A stretch of DNA of 64,000 nucleotides from Escherichia coli (GCF_041886205.1 NZ_CP169029.1), one strand, 5' to 3'. Shown: positions 12,153 through 22,671, counted from the stretch's first letter. The notes: a model not told the origin generated them from the sequence alone. A program made the numbers and translations.

Positions 12153-12611
12153 ATGGAACTGACGACTCGCACTTTACCTGCGCGGAAACATATTGCGCTG
12201 GTGGCACACGATCACTGCAAACAAATGCTGATGAGCTGGGTGGAACGGCATCAACCGTTACTGGAACAACACGTACTGTATGCAACAGGCACTACCGGTA
12301 ACTTGATTTCCCGTGCAACCGGCATGAACGTCAACGCGATGTTGAGTGGCCCAATGGGGGGTGACCAGCAGGTTGGCGCATTGATCTCAGAAGGGAAAAT
12401 TGATGTATTGATTTTCTTCTGGGACCCACTAAATGCCGTGCCGCACGATCCTGACGTGAAAGCCTTGCTGCGTCTGGCGACGGTATGGAACATTCCGGTC
12501 GCCACCAACGTGGCAACGGCAGACTTCATTATCCAGTCGCCGCATTTCAACGACGCGGTCGATATTCTGATCCCCGATTATCAGCGTTATCTCGCGGACC
12601 GTCTGAAGTAA
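12153..12611 (+). CDS. mgsA: Methylglyoxal synthase (152 aa)
   Basis: Track ORF 12144..12611; the known product starts at [23 protein letters not shown] (ATG at 12153). Confidence 0.93.
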
Positions 12612-12616
12612 TATTG

Positions 12617-12640
12617 CACAGGTGGCAAACGCCACCTGTT
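12617..12640. terminator. Bidirectional terminator hairpin between convergent mgsA and helD
   Basis: Stem CAGGTGGC-AAAC-GCCACCTG followed by TTTCTT; abuts the helD stop codon. Confidence 0.65.
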
Positions 12641-12642
12641 TC

Positions 12643-14697
12643 TTACGGTTTTCTCGCCACCGGTACATCCAGATTTTTCAGTATTGCCACAAAGGGAGAG
12701 GGATTCTCTTTGTTAAACAGTGCCCATACCCGATGACGTGCCCGGGTCAGCGCCACGTACATTAACCGCCGTTCTTCAGCGTCCGGGAAATCCTCAACCG
12801 GTGGCAGTAGCGCCTCTTCCATAATCGACTCCCGCGCCGCAGCCGGAAAACCATCACTTCCCTCCTGCAAGCCAACGATGATGACGTAATCCGCCTGTTG
12901 CCCTTTGCTGGCATGAATGGTCATAAAGTCGATTTGCAACTTCGGCCAGCGTGTTGCCGCTTTTTCCAGGCTGGCAGGCCTCATGTGATGGTAACGCGCC
13001 AGGATCAGAATGCGCTCTTCCGGTTTGGCATAACCAGAGAGCTTATCCAGCAAAGCGTCAAGTTGACTCTCATCCAATAACGTGACGGCTTTTTTGTCTC
13101 CATTGGTTAAGCTGTTTAGCGGCTTTTTCAGCTGGCCTGGGTTCTGCTGAATAAACCGGTTTGCCACCTCACCGATACGACTGTTAAAACGGTAAGTCGT
13201 GTCTAAATCACAACGTTCGCCTTCACCAAAGTTTTCATGGAAAGCGGTGGTGAGCGACATTTGCGCACCGCTGAATCGGTAAATCGCCTGCCAGTCATCA
13301 CCAACGGCGAACAACGTCGTCTGACTGTTTTGCTTGCGTAATGCCGCTAACAACGCTGCCCGCTGCGGCGAGATATCCTGAAATTCATCAACCAGAATAT
13401 GCTTCCACGGGCTGATAAAGCGACCTTTCTCCAGAATCACAATCGCCTGATGAATAAGGCCCGAAAAATCGACAGCCTTTTCTGCCTTCAGCGCACCTTT
13501 CCAGGCTTTTAATAACGGGGCCATCAACTTGATACGTTTACTGAACAGATCGCGAATCTCTTCGGGTGCACTGGCAATCATTTCTGCCTGTGCACCACCG
13601 TGCATCCGCATCAGACTTACCCAGCGATCGAGGCGAGAGGCAAGGCGACGCTGTAATTTTTCATCATCCCAGAAGTTACCTTCTGGCACTGACCACTGCA
13701 TTTCTTCCGTCAGCCATTGCCGCCAGCCCTTCTCCTGCGCTTTCTTTTCGCTGCATTGCTTGCGCCACTCAGCAATAAAGAGTTCATGACGGGCAGCGGT
13801 ATCATTTTCCAGTTTGCTGACTATCGGAACTTTTTTGCTGCCCTGCTGAATAATATGCAGCGCCAGCGCATGAAACGTGCGTGCGGTAATGTCTTCGGTA
13901 TGTAGCCGTTCGCGAATACGCTCGTCCATCTCTTCAGCGGCTTTGCGACCAAACGCCAGCAATAAAATTTGCTCAGGAGACGCTTCACCACGCGCCAGCA
14001 ACCAGCCTGCACGGGCCACCAGCACCGACGTTTTTCCGCTTCCTGCACCTGCCAGCACTAACAGAGAATGCTCGCCATTAACGACTGCCCGGGCCTGCGC
14101 CGGATTCAGCGGTGAAGACTCGACCTGGCGGAAAAAATCCGCATACTCGGTAAGCATGGCTTCGGTATACGCCTGGTTATGCTGCAACCGAGCGCTTTCA
14201 ATATCTTTCAACCAGGCCTGACATTTACGCCACGCCTCACGGCAGTTATCGAATTCTTCCAGTCGGTTAACCGGCAACGGCAACGCCGACAAAGCCTGGC
14301 GGATTTGTTGCTGAACGCCAGAGGTTTGCTCACGCGTCAGCCATTTATTTTCTCCAGTGCGCGTGGCAATCAAATCCAGTTGCTGTCGTAAAACACCAGA
14401 CGCAATTTCGCTCATCTCGCCACTCCACCGCCGCCAGTGAGCATCAAGATGATGGTAAAAACGCTGCGTCTCGCCCCATTCGGTGCCGTGCAGACGCACC
14501 ACTTTTTCGTCCGGCAGTACAAATTCCAGCTCGCCCCATACCAGACCGCGCTTACAGTGAATCGCCAGTAATTGATTGAAAGGAATAAGGTATTCGTGGC
14601 GATCGCCGGAGACTTTAATCCCGGCATTGAGGATCACCGCCCGATCGTAAGGGTGCTGTGCCAGACGTTTTCCAAGCGTTGTCGCTTTCAGTTCCAT
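12643..14697 (-). CDS. helD: DNA helicase IV (HelD), 684 aa
   Basis: Track ORF 12643..14790; the known product starts at MELKATTLGKRLAQHPYDRAV (ATG at 14697); UvrD-type Walker A GAGSGKTS is present. Confidence 0.93.
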   Translation of the reverse strand: MELKATTLGKRLAQHPYDRAVILNAGIKVSGDRHEYLIPFNQLLAIHCKRGLVWGELEFVLPDEKVVRLHGTEWGETQRFYHHLDAHWRRWSGEMSEIASGVLRQQLDLIATRTGENKWLTREQTSGVQQQIRQALSALPLPVNRLEEFDNCREAWRKCQAWLKDIESARLQHNQAYTEAMLTEYADFFRQVESSPLNPAQARAVVNGEHSLLVLAGAGSGKTSVLVARAGWLLARGEASPEQILLLAFGRKAAEEMDERIRERLHTEDITARTFHALALHIIQQGSKKVPIVSKLENDTAARHELFIAEWRKQCSEKKAQEKGWRQWLTEEMQWSVPEGNFWDDEKLQRRLASRLDRWVSLMRMHGGAQAEMIASAPEEIRDLFSKRIKLMAPLLKAWKGALKAEKAVDFSGLIHQAIVILEKGRFISPWKHILVDEFQDISPQRAALLAALRKQNSQTTLFAVGDDWQAIYRFSGAQMSLTTAFHENFGEGERCDLDTTYRFNSRIGEVANRFIQQNPGQLKKPLNSLTNGDKKAVTLLDESQLDALLDKLSGYAKPEERILILARYHHMRPASLEKAATRWPKLQIDFMTIHASKGQQADYVIIVGLQEGSDGFPAAARESIMEEALLPPVEDFPDAEERRLMYVALTRARHRVWALFNKENPSPFVAILKNLDVPVARKP

Positions 14698-14819
14698 GAC
14701 TCTGTAGATCCACACGAAATTATTTCTTATCAGTGTAACCGTCAGAGAAAACGTGCTCCAGCCCAAAAAAACGTTACAATTGCCGCCCATTACTGAAAAC
14801 CACAGTAAAGCGAGGTTTT

Positions 14820-15266
14820 ATGCGTACCGTTTTGAACATTCTGAACTTTGTGCTTGGCGGATTTGCCACCACTCTGGGCTGGCTGTTGGCGACTCTGGTC
14901 AGTATTGTGCTGATTTTTACCTTACCGCTGACACGATCCTGCTGGGAGATCACTAAACTGTCTCTGGTACCTTATGGCAATGAAGCTATTCATGTCGATG
15001 AACTGAACCCGGCTGGCAAAAATGTACTGCTGAATACTGGCGGTACGGTATTGAATATTTTCTGGCTGATTTTCTTTGGCTGGTGGTTATGCCTGATGCA
15101 CATTGCAACGGGCATCGCACAATGTATTTCCATCATTGGCATTCCTGTCGGTATTGCGAACTTTAAAATTGCAGCTATTGCACTATGGCCGGTCGGTCGT
15201 CGCGTGGTATCGGTAGAAACAGCGCAAGCTGCGCGTGAAGCCAATGCACGTCGTCGTTTTGAATAA
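14820..15266 (+). CDS. yccF: Inner membrane protein YccF (148 aa, DUF307)
   Basis: Track ORF MRTVLNILNFVLGGFATTLGWLLATLVSIVLIF..., hydrophobic. Confidence 0.9.
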   Translation: MRTVLNILNFVLGGFATTLGWLLATLVSIVLIFTLPLTRSCWEITKLSLVPYGNEAIHVDELNPAGKNVLLNTGGTVLNIFWLIFFGWWLCLMHIATGIAQCISIIGIPVGIANFKIAAIALWPVGRRVVSVETAQAAREANARRRFE

Positions 15267-15275
15267 TCCACTAAT

Positions 15276-17438
15276 ATGGCCTTTATGCTAAGTCCTTTGC
15301 TCAAACGCTATACCTGGAACAGCGCCTGGCTGTATTACGCGCGTATTTTTATTGCGCTTTGTGGAACCACAGCGTTTCCGTGGTGGCTGGGTGATGTAAA
15401 ACTGACGATTCCGCTAACGCTGGGGATGGTGGCAGCGGCGCTGACCGATCTCGATGACCGACTGGCGGGACGTTTGCGTAACCTCATCATTACGCTGTTC
15501 TGCTTTTTTATCGCCTCGGCCTCAGTAGAATTGCTGTTTCCCTGGCCCTGGCTATTTGCGATTGGCTTAACGCTCTCTACCAGCGGCTTCATTTTGCTCG
15601 GCGGTCTGGGTCAACGCTATGCAACAATTGCCTTCGGTGCATTGCTGATCGCCATTTACACTATGTTGGGAACATCACTTTATGAGCACTGGTATCAGCA
15701 GCCGATGTATCTGCTGGCCGGTGCCGTCTGGTACAACGTCCTGACACTTATTGGTCATCTGCTGTTCCCGGTCCGCCCGCTGCAGGACAACCTGGCGCGT
15801 TGCTATGAACAACTGGCGCGTTATCTTGAGCTCAAGTCGCGCATGTTTGATCCTGATATTGAAGATGAAAGCCAGGCACCGCTGTACGATTTGGCTCTCG
15901 CCAACGGACAGCTGATGGCGACATTGAATCAGACGAAACTCTCGCTGCTGACCCGCTTACGTGGCGATCGTGGTCAACGGGGAACGCGTCGCACGCTGCA
16001 TTATTACTTTGTCGCGCAGGATATTCACGAGCGTGCCAGCTCTTCTCATATTCAGTATCAAACATTGCGTGAACATTTTCGCCACAGCGACGTGCTGTTC
16101 CGTTTTCAGCGGCTGATGTCGATGCAGGGCCAGGCGTGCCAGCAACTGTCACGCTGTATTTTGCTGCGTCAGCCTTATCAACATGATCCGCATTTTGAGC
16201 GCGCTTTTACGCATATTGATGCTGCCCTGGAGCGGATGCGCGATAACGGCGCGCCTGCCGATTTACTCAAAACACTAGGATTTTTGCTGAACAATTTACG
16301 CGCCATTGATGCCCAACTGGCAACAATTGAATCAGAACAGGCCCAGGCACTACCCCATAATAATGACGAAAATGAGCTCGCTGATGACAGCCCGCACGGA
16401 TTGAGTGATATCTGGCTGCGTCTTAGCCGTCACTTCACGCCGGAGTCCGCCCTCTTCCGTCATGCGGTTAGAATGTCGCTGGTGTTGTGTTTCGGCTACG
16501 CCATCATTCAGATAACCGGAATGCATCACGGGTATTGGATCTTGCTGACAAGTTTGTTTGTCTGCCAGCCAAACTATAACGCCACGCGCCACCGCCTGAA
16601 GTTAAGGATTATTGGTACGCTGGTAGGTATCGCCATTGGCATTCCTGTGCTGTGGTTTGTACCGTCACTGGAAGGGCAGCTGGTGCTACTGGTTATTACC
16701 GGCGTGCTCTTTTTTGCCTTCCGTAACGTGCAATATGCCCATGCAACGATGTTCATCACACTTTTGGTGCTACTGTGTTTTAACTTGCTGGGTGAAGGTT
16801 TTGAAGTAGCGTTACCTCGCGTAATCGATACGCTGATTGGTTGTGCCATTGCGTGGGCGGCAGTGAGCTACATCTGGCCTGACTGGCGGTTTCGCAATCT
16901 GCCGCGCATGCTCGAACGCGCCACCGAGGCCAACTGTCGGTATCTCGATGCCATACTGGAGCAATACCATCAGGGGCGTGATAACCGTCTGGCGTATCGT
17001 ATTGCCCGCCGCGATGCACACAACCGTGATGCTGAGCTGGCGTCGGTGGTATCAAACATGTCCAGCGAACCGAACGTTACCCCGCAAATTCGAGAGGCCG
17101 CGTTTCGGTTACTGTGCCTTAACCATACGTTTACCAGCTATATCTCAGCCCTCGGTGCTCACCGGGAGCAGTTAACTAATCCTGAAATTCTGGCGTTTCT
17201 TGATGACGCAGTTTGCTATGTTGATGACGCGTTACATCATCAACCTGCTGATGAAAAACGCGTCAATCAGGCATTAGCTGGCCTGAAACAGCGGATGCAG
17301 CAACTTGAACCACGGGCAGACAGCAAAGAACCTCTGGTCGTACAACAAGTTGGGTTATTGATTGCATTACTGCCTGAGATTGGTCGTCTGCAACGCCAGA
17401 TTACTCAAGTTCCGCAGGAAACTCCTGTTTCGGCGTAA
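15276..17438 (+). CDS. yccS: Inner membrane protein YccS (FUSC-like, about 717-720 aa); alternative start at 15285
   Basis: Track ORF MAFMLSPLLKRYTWNSAWLYYARIF...; I recall the reference product starting MLSPLL (ATG 15285). Begins 10 nt after the yccF stop, so likely co-transcribed. Confidence 0.88.
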   Translation: MAFMLSPLLKRYTWNSAWLYYARIFIALCGTTAFPWWLGDVKLTIPLTLGMVAAALTDLDDRLAGRLRNLIITLFCFFIASASVELLFPWPWLFAIGLTLSTSGFILLGGLGQRYATIAFGALLIAIYTMLGTSLYEHWYQQPMYLLAGAVWYNVLTLIGHLLFPVRPLQDNLARCYEQLARYLELKSRMFDPDIEDESQAPLYDLALANGQLMATLNQTKLSLLTRLRGDRGQRGTRRTLHYYFVAQDIHERASSSHIQYQTLREHFRHSDVLFRFQRLMSMQGQACQQLSRCILLRQPYQHDPHFERAFTHIDAALERMRDNGAPADLLKTLGFLLNNLRAIDAQLATIESEQAQALPHNNDENELADDSPHGLSDIWLRLSRHFTPESALFRHAVRMSLVLCFGYAIIQITGMHHGYWILLTSLFVCQPNYNATRHRLKLRIIGTLVGIAIGIPVLWFVPSLEGQLVLLVITGVLFFAFRNVQYAHATMFITLLVLLCFNLLGEGFEVALPRVIDTLIGCAIAWAAVSYIWPDWRFRNLPRMLERATEANCRYLDAILEQYHQGRDNRLAYRIARRDAHNRDAELASVVSNMSSEPNVTPQIREAAFRLLCLNHTFTSYISALGAHREQLTNPEILAFLDDAVCYVDDALHHQPADEKRVNQALAGLKQRMQQLEPRADSKEPLVVQQVGLLIALLPEIGRLQRQITQVPQETPVSA

Positions 17439-18030
17439 GAGAGTCAGCCCATTCTGCTAGCTCCTGGCGGCGTGCCACCGGGAGCGCAGCTTCATGAATC
17501 CCGATAATGGCACCTTCAAGCATAAACAGAATCTTTTCTGTCACCAGACTGTTTTGCTGCCGCAGTCGCAACCAACACATTTTTGCCCCAAGTATACGTA
17601 ACGCCCGTACATCCTTAATCCCCACCTCCCCGAGAATCGCTTCCAGATGAAAAGACATATTGGGCAAATCTTTCAGTCTTTCCCGGGTATTGCGCGTGCT
17701 TTTCTCTTTCAGCGCTGCATCGAGAGAATATTTCGACAGACGCACCAGCTTCAGTTGATTTCGCCATAGACTTTCATCAACCCGATAGTAATTGAGGGTA
17801 ACGGATCGGCCACACTTTTTATATGTCAGCCAGACAGGCGGATGTTTTACACAGTACTGTGCACTTTGCTCACAAGCCCGAAGATACAACTCACCATCAG
17901 AAACCATCGCAAACACCGTGTCGTCAACGGTCAGGCTGTAACTACCAAACAATGATCGGTATTCAATTGTGCCCAACGTTGCCAGGTATTCTTGTGATTT
18001 ATAGATCCGCTTATAGGAGAGGTTTTTCAT
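17401..18030 (-). CDS. sxy: Competence regulator Sxy/TfoX (209 aa)
   Basis: Track ORF MKNLSYKRIYKSQEYLATLGTIEYRSLFGSYSLTVDD... matches Sxy; 3' end overlaps the yccS 3' end by 38 nt. Confidence 0.92.
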   Translation of the reverse strand: MKNLSYKRIYKSQEYLATLGTIEYRSLFGSYSLTVDDTVFAMVSDGELYLRACEQSAQYCVKHPPVWLTYKKCGRSVTLNYYRVDESLWRNQLKLVRLSKYSLDAALKEKSTRNTRERLKDLPNMSFHLEAILGEVGIKDVRALRILGAKMCWLRLRQQNSLVTEKILFMLEGAIIGIHEAALPVARRQELAEWADSLTPKQEFPAELE

Positions 18031-18206
18031 AAAATTCCTTTTAAAATCATAATATAAAAGAATGATTCACATTAACGGATCCGTTAAATACGAAAATAGG
18101 CAACTTCTTCTTTAGGGGCAAGATTAATTTATGTTTTCCCGTCACCAACGACAAAATTTGCGAGGCTCTTTCCGAAAATAGGGTTGATCTTTGTCGTCAC
18201 TGGATG

Positions 18207-18226
18207 TACTGTACATCCATACAGTA
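18207..18226 (+). promoter_or_regulatory. LexA operator (SOS box) of sulA: TACTGTACATCCATACAGTA
   Basis: CTGT-N8-ACAG palindrome immediately upstream of sulA; matches the well-known sulA SOS box. Confidence 0.9.
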
Positions 18227-18248
18227 ACTCACAGGGGCTGGATTGATT

Positions 18249-18758
18249 ATGTACACTTCAGGCTATGCACATCGTTCTTCGTCGTTCTCATCCGCAGCAA
18301 GTAAAATTGCGCGTGTCTCTACGGAAAACACTACAGCCGGGCTTATCAGTGAAGTTGTCTATCGCGAAGATCAGCCCATGATGACGCAACTTCTACTGTT
18401 GCCATTGTTACAGCAACTCGGTCAGCAATCGCGCTGGCAACTCTGGTTAACACCGCAACAAAAACTGAGTCGGGAATGGGTTCAGGCATCTGGGCTACCC
18501 TTAACGAAAGTAATGCAGATTAGCCAGCTCTCCCCTTGCCACACCGTGGAGTCAATGGTTCGCGCTTTACGCACGGGCAATTACAGTGTGGTGATCGGTT
18601 GGTTGGCAGATGATTTGACTGAAGAAGAGCATGCTGAACTTGTTGATGCGGCAAATGAAGGTAACGCTATGGGGTTTATTATGCGTCCGGTAAGCGCATC
18701 CTCTCACGCCACGAGACAACTTTCCGGGCTAAAAATTCACTCTAATTTGTATCATTAA
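18249..18758 (+). CDS. sulA: SOS cell-division inhibitor SulA (169 aa)
   Basis: Track ORF 18243..18758; the known product starts at [23 protein letters not shown] (ATG at 18249). Confidence 0.93.
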
Positions 18759-18981
18759 GTAAATTTAGGATTAATCCTGGAACTTTTTTTGTCGCCCAGC
18801 CAATGCTTTCAGTCGTGACTAATTTTCCTTGCGGAGGCTTGTCTGAAGCGGTTTCCGCGATTTTCTTCTGTAAATTGTCGCTGACAAAAAAGATTAAACA
18901 TACCTTATACAAGACTTTTTTTTCATATGCCTGACGGAGTTCACACTTGTAAGTTTTCAACTACGTTGTAGACTTTACATC

Positions 18982-19114
18982 GCCAGGGGTGCTCGGCATA
19001 AGCCGAAGATATCGGTAGAGTTAATATTGAGCAGATCCCCCGGTGAAGGATTTAACCGTGTTATCTCGTTGGAGATATTCATGGCGTATTTTGGATGATA
19101 ACGAGGCGCAAAAA
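18982..19114 (+). promoter_or_regulatory. ompA 133-nt 5' untranslated leader (target of sRNA MicA and Hfq)
   Basis: Sequence GCCAGGGGTGCTCGGCATAAGCCGAAGATATCGG... to the ATG matches the known long ompA leader. The track ORF starting at 19043 is an in-frame upstream extension inside this leader, not a coding start. Confidence 0.8.
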
Positions 19115-20167
19115 ATGAAAAAGACAGCTATCGCGATTGCAGTGGCACTGGCTGGTTTCGCTACCGTAGCGCAGGCCGCTCCGAAAGATAACACCTGGTA
19201 CACTGGTGCTAAACTGGGCTGGTCCCAGTACCATGACACTGGTTTTATTCCTAACAATGGTCCGACCCACGAAAACCAACTGGGTGCAGGTGCTTTTGGT
19301 GGTTACCAGGTTAACCCGTATGTTGGTTTTGAAATGGGTTACGACTGGTTAGGTCGTATGCCGTACAAAGGCGACAACATCAACGGTGCATACAAAGCTC
19401 AGGGCGTTCAACTGACCGCTAAACTGGGTTACCCAATCACTGACGATCTGGACGTATACACTCGTCTGGGTGGTATGGTATGGCGTGCAGACACCAAGGC
19501 TAACGTACCTGGTGGCGCATCCTTTAAAGACCACGACACTGGCGTTTCTCCGGTTTTCGCAGGTGGTGTTGAGTACGCGATCACTCCTGAAATCGCTACC
19601 CGTCTGGAATACCAGTGGACCAACAACATCGGTGACGCAAACACCATCGGTACTCGTCCGGACAACGGTCTGCTGAGCCTGGGTGTTTCCTACCGTTTCG
19701 GTCAGGGCGAAGCAGCTCCGGTAGTTGCTCCGGCTCCAGCTCCGGCACCGGAAGTACAGACCAAGCACTTCACTCTGAAGTCTGACGTTCTGTTCAACTT
19801 CAACAAAGCAACCCTGAAACCGGAAGGTCAGGCTGCTCTGGATCAGCTGTACAGCCAGCTGAGCAACCTGGATCCGAAAGACGGTTCCGTAGTTGTTCTG
19901 GGTTACACTGACCGCATCGGTTCTGACGCTTACAACCAGGGTCTGTCCGAGCGCCGTGCTCAGTCTGTTGTTGATTACCTGATCTCCAAAGGTATCCCGG
20001 CAGACAAGATCTCCGCACGTGGTATGGGCGAATCCAACCCGGTTACTGGCAACACCTGTGACAACGTGAAACAGCGTGCTGCACTGATAGACTGCCTGGC
20101 TCCGGATCGTCGCGTAGAGATCGAAGTTAAAGGCATCAAAGACGTTGTAACTCAGCCGCAGGCTTAA
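19115..20167 (+). CDS. ompA: Outer membrane protein A precursor (350 aa here; non-K-12 loop allele)
   Basis: Starts at [30 protein letters not shown]-terminal OmpA domain present. Loop segments read [10 protein letters not shown] and [15 protein letters not shown], unlike the K-12 form I recall. Confidence 0.95.
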   Translation: MKKTAIAIAVALAGFATVAQAAPKDNTWYTGAKLGWSQYHDTGFIPNNGPTHENQLGAGAFGGYQVNPYVGFEMGYDWLGRMPYKGDNINGAYKAQGVQLTAKLGYPITDDLDVYTRLGGMVWRADTKANVPGGASFKDHDTGVSPVFAGGVEYAITPEIATRLEYQWTNNIGDANTIGTRPDNGLLSLGVSYRFGQGEAAPVVAPAPAPAPEVQTKHFTLKSDVLFNFNKATLKPEGQAALDQLYSQLSNLDPKDGSVVVLGYTDRIGSDAYNQGLSERRAQSVVDYLISKGIPADKISARGMGESNPVTGNTCDNVKQRAALIDCLAPDRRVEIEVKGIKDVVTQPQA

Positions 20168-20182
20168 GTTCTCGTCTGGTAG

Positions 20183-20211
20183 AAAAACCCCGCAGCTGCG
20201 GGGTTTTTTTT
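20183..20211. terminator. Bidirectional intrinsic terminator between convergent ompA and matP
   Basis: A-tract, stem CCCCGCAG / CTGCGGGG, then T8. Confidence 0.85.
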
Positions 20212-20242
20212 CGCCTTTAGTAAATTGAACTGACTTCGTCAG

Positions 20243-20695
20243 TTATTCCTTACCCAGCAATGCCTGCAGATCATGCTTCAAAGAAGACATTTTATTCGCG
20301 TATTTCTCTTTGTTTTCCGCATCTTCAATCAGCTGAACAATCGTTTCAGAAAGCGTTTTACCGCGACGCTGCGCAAGACCAGCCAGACGTTGCCAGACAA
20401 TAAATTCCAGATCGATCGATTTTTTGCGCGTATGCTGGTGTTCCGCATTAAAATGGCGCTTCCGTCTGGCCCGAATGGTTTGCTTCATGCGATTGACCAG
20501 TTCCGGATTCATATGCTTGTCAATCCAGCCATTTACCAGCACGGGTTCATTTTCCAGCGAGAGCAACACATCGACGGCTTCCTGGGCGGCACTGGCTTCT
20601 ATGTAACGGGTGATTAACTCCCCTTCGCGATGCTTCTTCACCAGATACTTCCATTTCCAACCGCTTTCAAGATTTTCAAGTTGTTGATATTTCAT
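20243..20695 (-). CDS. matP: Ter macrodomain organiser MatP (150 aa)
   Basis: Track [38 protein letters not shown]... matches MatP. Confidence 0.93.
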   Translation of the reverse strand: MKYQQLENLESGWKWKYLVKKHREGELITRYIEASAAQEAVDVLLSLENEPVLVNGWIDKHMNPELVNRMKQTIRARRKRHFNAEHQHTRKKSIDLEFIVWQRLAGLAQRRGKTLSETIVQLIEDAENKEKYANKMSSLKHDLQALLGKE

Positions 20696-20880
20696 AGCGA
20701 TCTCAATGTTACCGTGTAACTCTTTACAGAATATCAGCTTTTTAGGCCAGTGAAGAAAAGAATCTCCATCCTGTGAGCTTTAACGCCCATGCCAGGAGTA
20801 TTGTCGGTGCTTTCTACGTGTGCTGTAGTGCCGGTTACGGTATAATCGCGGCTTTGACAACAGACTAAAAAACATCAACT

Positions 20881-22641
20881 TTGACCATTACGAAACTTGC
20901 ATGGCGTGACCTGGTTCCTGATACCGATAGCTATCAGGAAATATTTGCTCAGCCACATTTGATTGACGAAAACGATCCTTTATTCAGTGATACTCAACCG
21001 CGGCTGCAATTCGCACTGGAGCAGTTGCTGCATACGCGAGCATCCTCCTCTTTTATGCTGGCGAAGGCCCCGGAAGAGTCTGAGTATCTGAATCTTATTG
21101 CCGATGCCGCGCGTACGCTACAAAGCGATGCAGGCCAACTCGTGGGCGGTCACTATGAGGTTTCCGGCCACTCCATCCGCTTACGTCACGCAGTGAGTGC
21201 AGATGATAATTTTGCGACTTTAACGCAAGTTGTCGCTGCCGACTGGGTAGAAGCGGAGCAACTCTTTGGCTGCCTGCGCCAGTTTAATGGCGACATTACC
21301 CTGCAGCCTGGTCTGGTGCATCAGGCAAATGGCGGTATTCTCATCATCTCTTTGCGTACACTGCTGGCGCAACCTCTGCTGTGGATGCGGCTGAAAAATA
21401 TCGTTAACCGCGAGCGTTTTGACTGGGTTGCGTTTGATGAGTCGCGCCCTCTCCCCGTCTCTGTGCCTTCGATGCCATTGAAGCTGAAAGTCATTCTGGT
21501 AGGCGAACGCGAATCATTGGCTGATTTCCAGGAGATGGAGCCAGAGCTTTCAGAGCAGGCTATTTATAGCGAATTTGAAGATACTCTGCAGATTGTCGAT
21601 GCGGAGTCAGTAAGCCAGTGGTGTCGCTGGGTGACATTTACCGCCAGACATAATCACTTACCTGCACCGGGAGCGGATGCCTGGCCGGTACTTATCCGCG
21701 AAGCAGTACGCTACACCGGTGAACAAGAAACACTTCCGCTTAGCCCGCAGTGGATCCTCCGCCAGTGTAAAGAGGTCGCCTCCCTGTGTGATGGCGACAC
21801 CTTCTCCGGCGAGCAGCTAAACTTAATGCTGCAGCAGCGTGAATGGCGCGAAGGTTTCCTCGCTGAACGTATGCAGGATGAGATCCTTCAGGAGCAAATC
21901 CTGATTGAAACCGAAGGCGAACGCATCGGGCAAATTAACGCCCTTTCGGTCATTGAATTTCCGGGTCATCCACGCGCTTTTGGCGAACCTTCTCGCATTA
22001 GCTGCGTTGTGCATATTGGCGATGGTGAATTCACCGACATCGAACGCAAAGCGGAGCTTGGCGGCAATATCCATGCGAAAGGGATGATGATCATGCAGGC
22101 GTTCCTGATGTCGGAACTACAGCTTGAGCAACAGATCCCCTTCTCAGCATCGCTGACATTTGAGCAGTCATACAGTGAAGTGGATGGCGATAGTGCCTCG
22201 ATGGCTGAACTCTGCGCCCTGATAAGCGCCCTCGCCGATGTGCCGGTGAATCAGAGTATCGCTATCACAGGTTCAGTCGATCAGTTCGGTCGTGCCCAGC
22301 CGGTCGGTGGTTTAAATGAGAAAATCGAAGGCTTCTTTGCTATTTGCCAGCAACGTGAGTTAACCGGGAAACAAGGTGTCATTATCCCCACTGCTAACGT
22401 TCGCCATTTAAGTCTTCACAGTGAACTGGTGAAAGCGGTAGAAGAAGGCAAATTCACCATCTGGGCAGTAGACGATGTGACTGACGCACTGCCGTTATTA
22501 TTAAATCTGGTGTGGGATGGCGAAGGCCAAACGACGCTGATGCAAACCATCCAGGAACGTATCGCGCAAGCATCGCAACAGGAAGGACGTCACCGTTTTC
22601 CATGGCCATTACGTTGGCTGAACTGGTTTATTCCGAACTGA
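20881..22641 (+). CDS. ycbZ: Lon-like protease YcbZ (586 aa, lacks AAA+ module), TTG start
   Basis: Track [27 protein letters not shown]...; the first codon is TTG; a TATAAT-like hexamer lies about 35 nt upstream. Confidence 0.88.
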
Positions 22642-22671
22642 TCGGACTTGTTCAGCGTACACGTGTTAGCT
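22636..22671 (+). promoter_or_regulatory. fabA promoter operators: FadR site AACTGATCGGACTTGTT (22636..22652) and FabR palindrome AGCGTACACGTGTTAGCT (22654..22671)
   Basis: Sequences match the fabA -40 FadR activator site and adjacent FabR repressor site as I recall them; located about 40-75 nt upstream of the fabA ATG. Confidence 0.75.

Noticed and set aside
18759-18790. Intrinsic terminator after sulA (AGGATTAATCCT followed by T7)
   Set aside because: The palindrome would form only a 4-5 bp AT-rich stem; too weak to call with confidence although the T-tract is present.
19043-19114. Upstream extension of the ompA ORF ([24 protein letters not shown]...)
   Set aside because: This segment is the known 133-nt ompA 5' leader; the real start is the downstream ATG giving the signal peptide [21 protein letters not shown].
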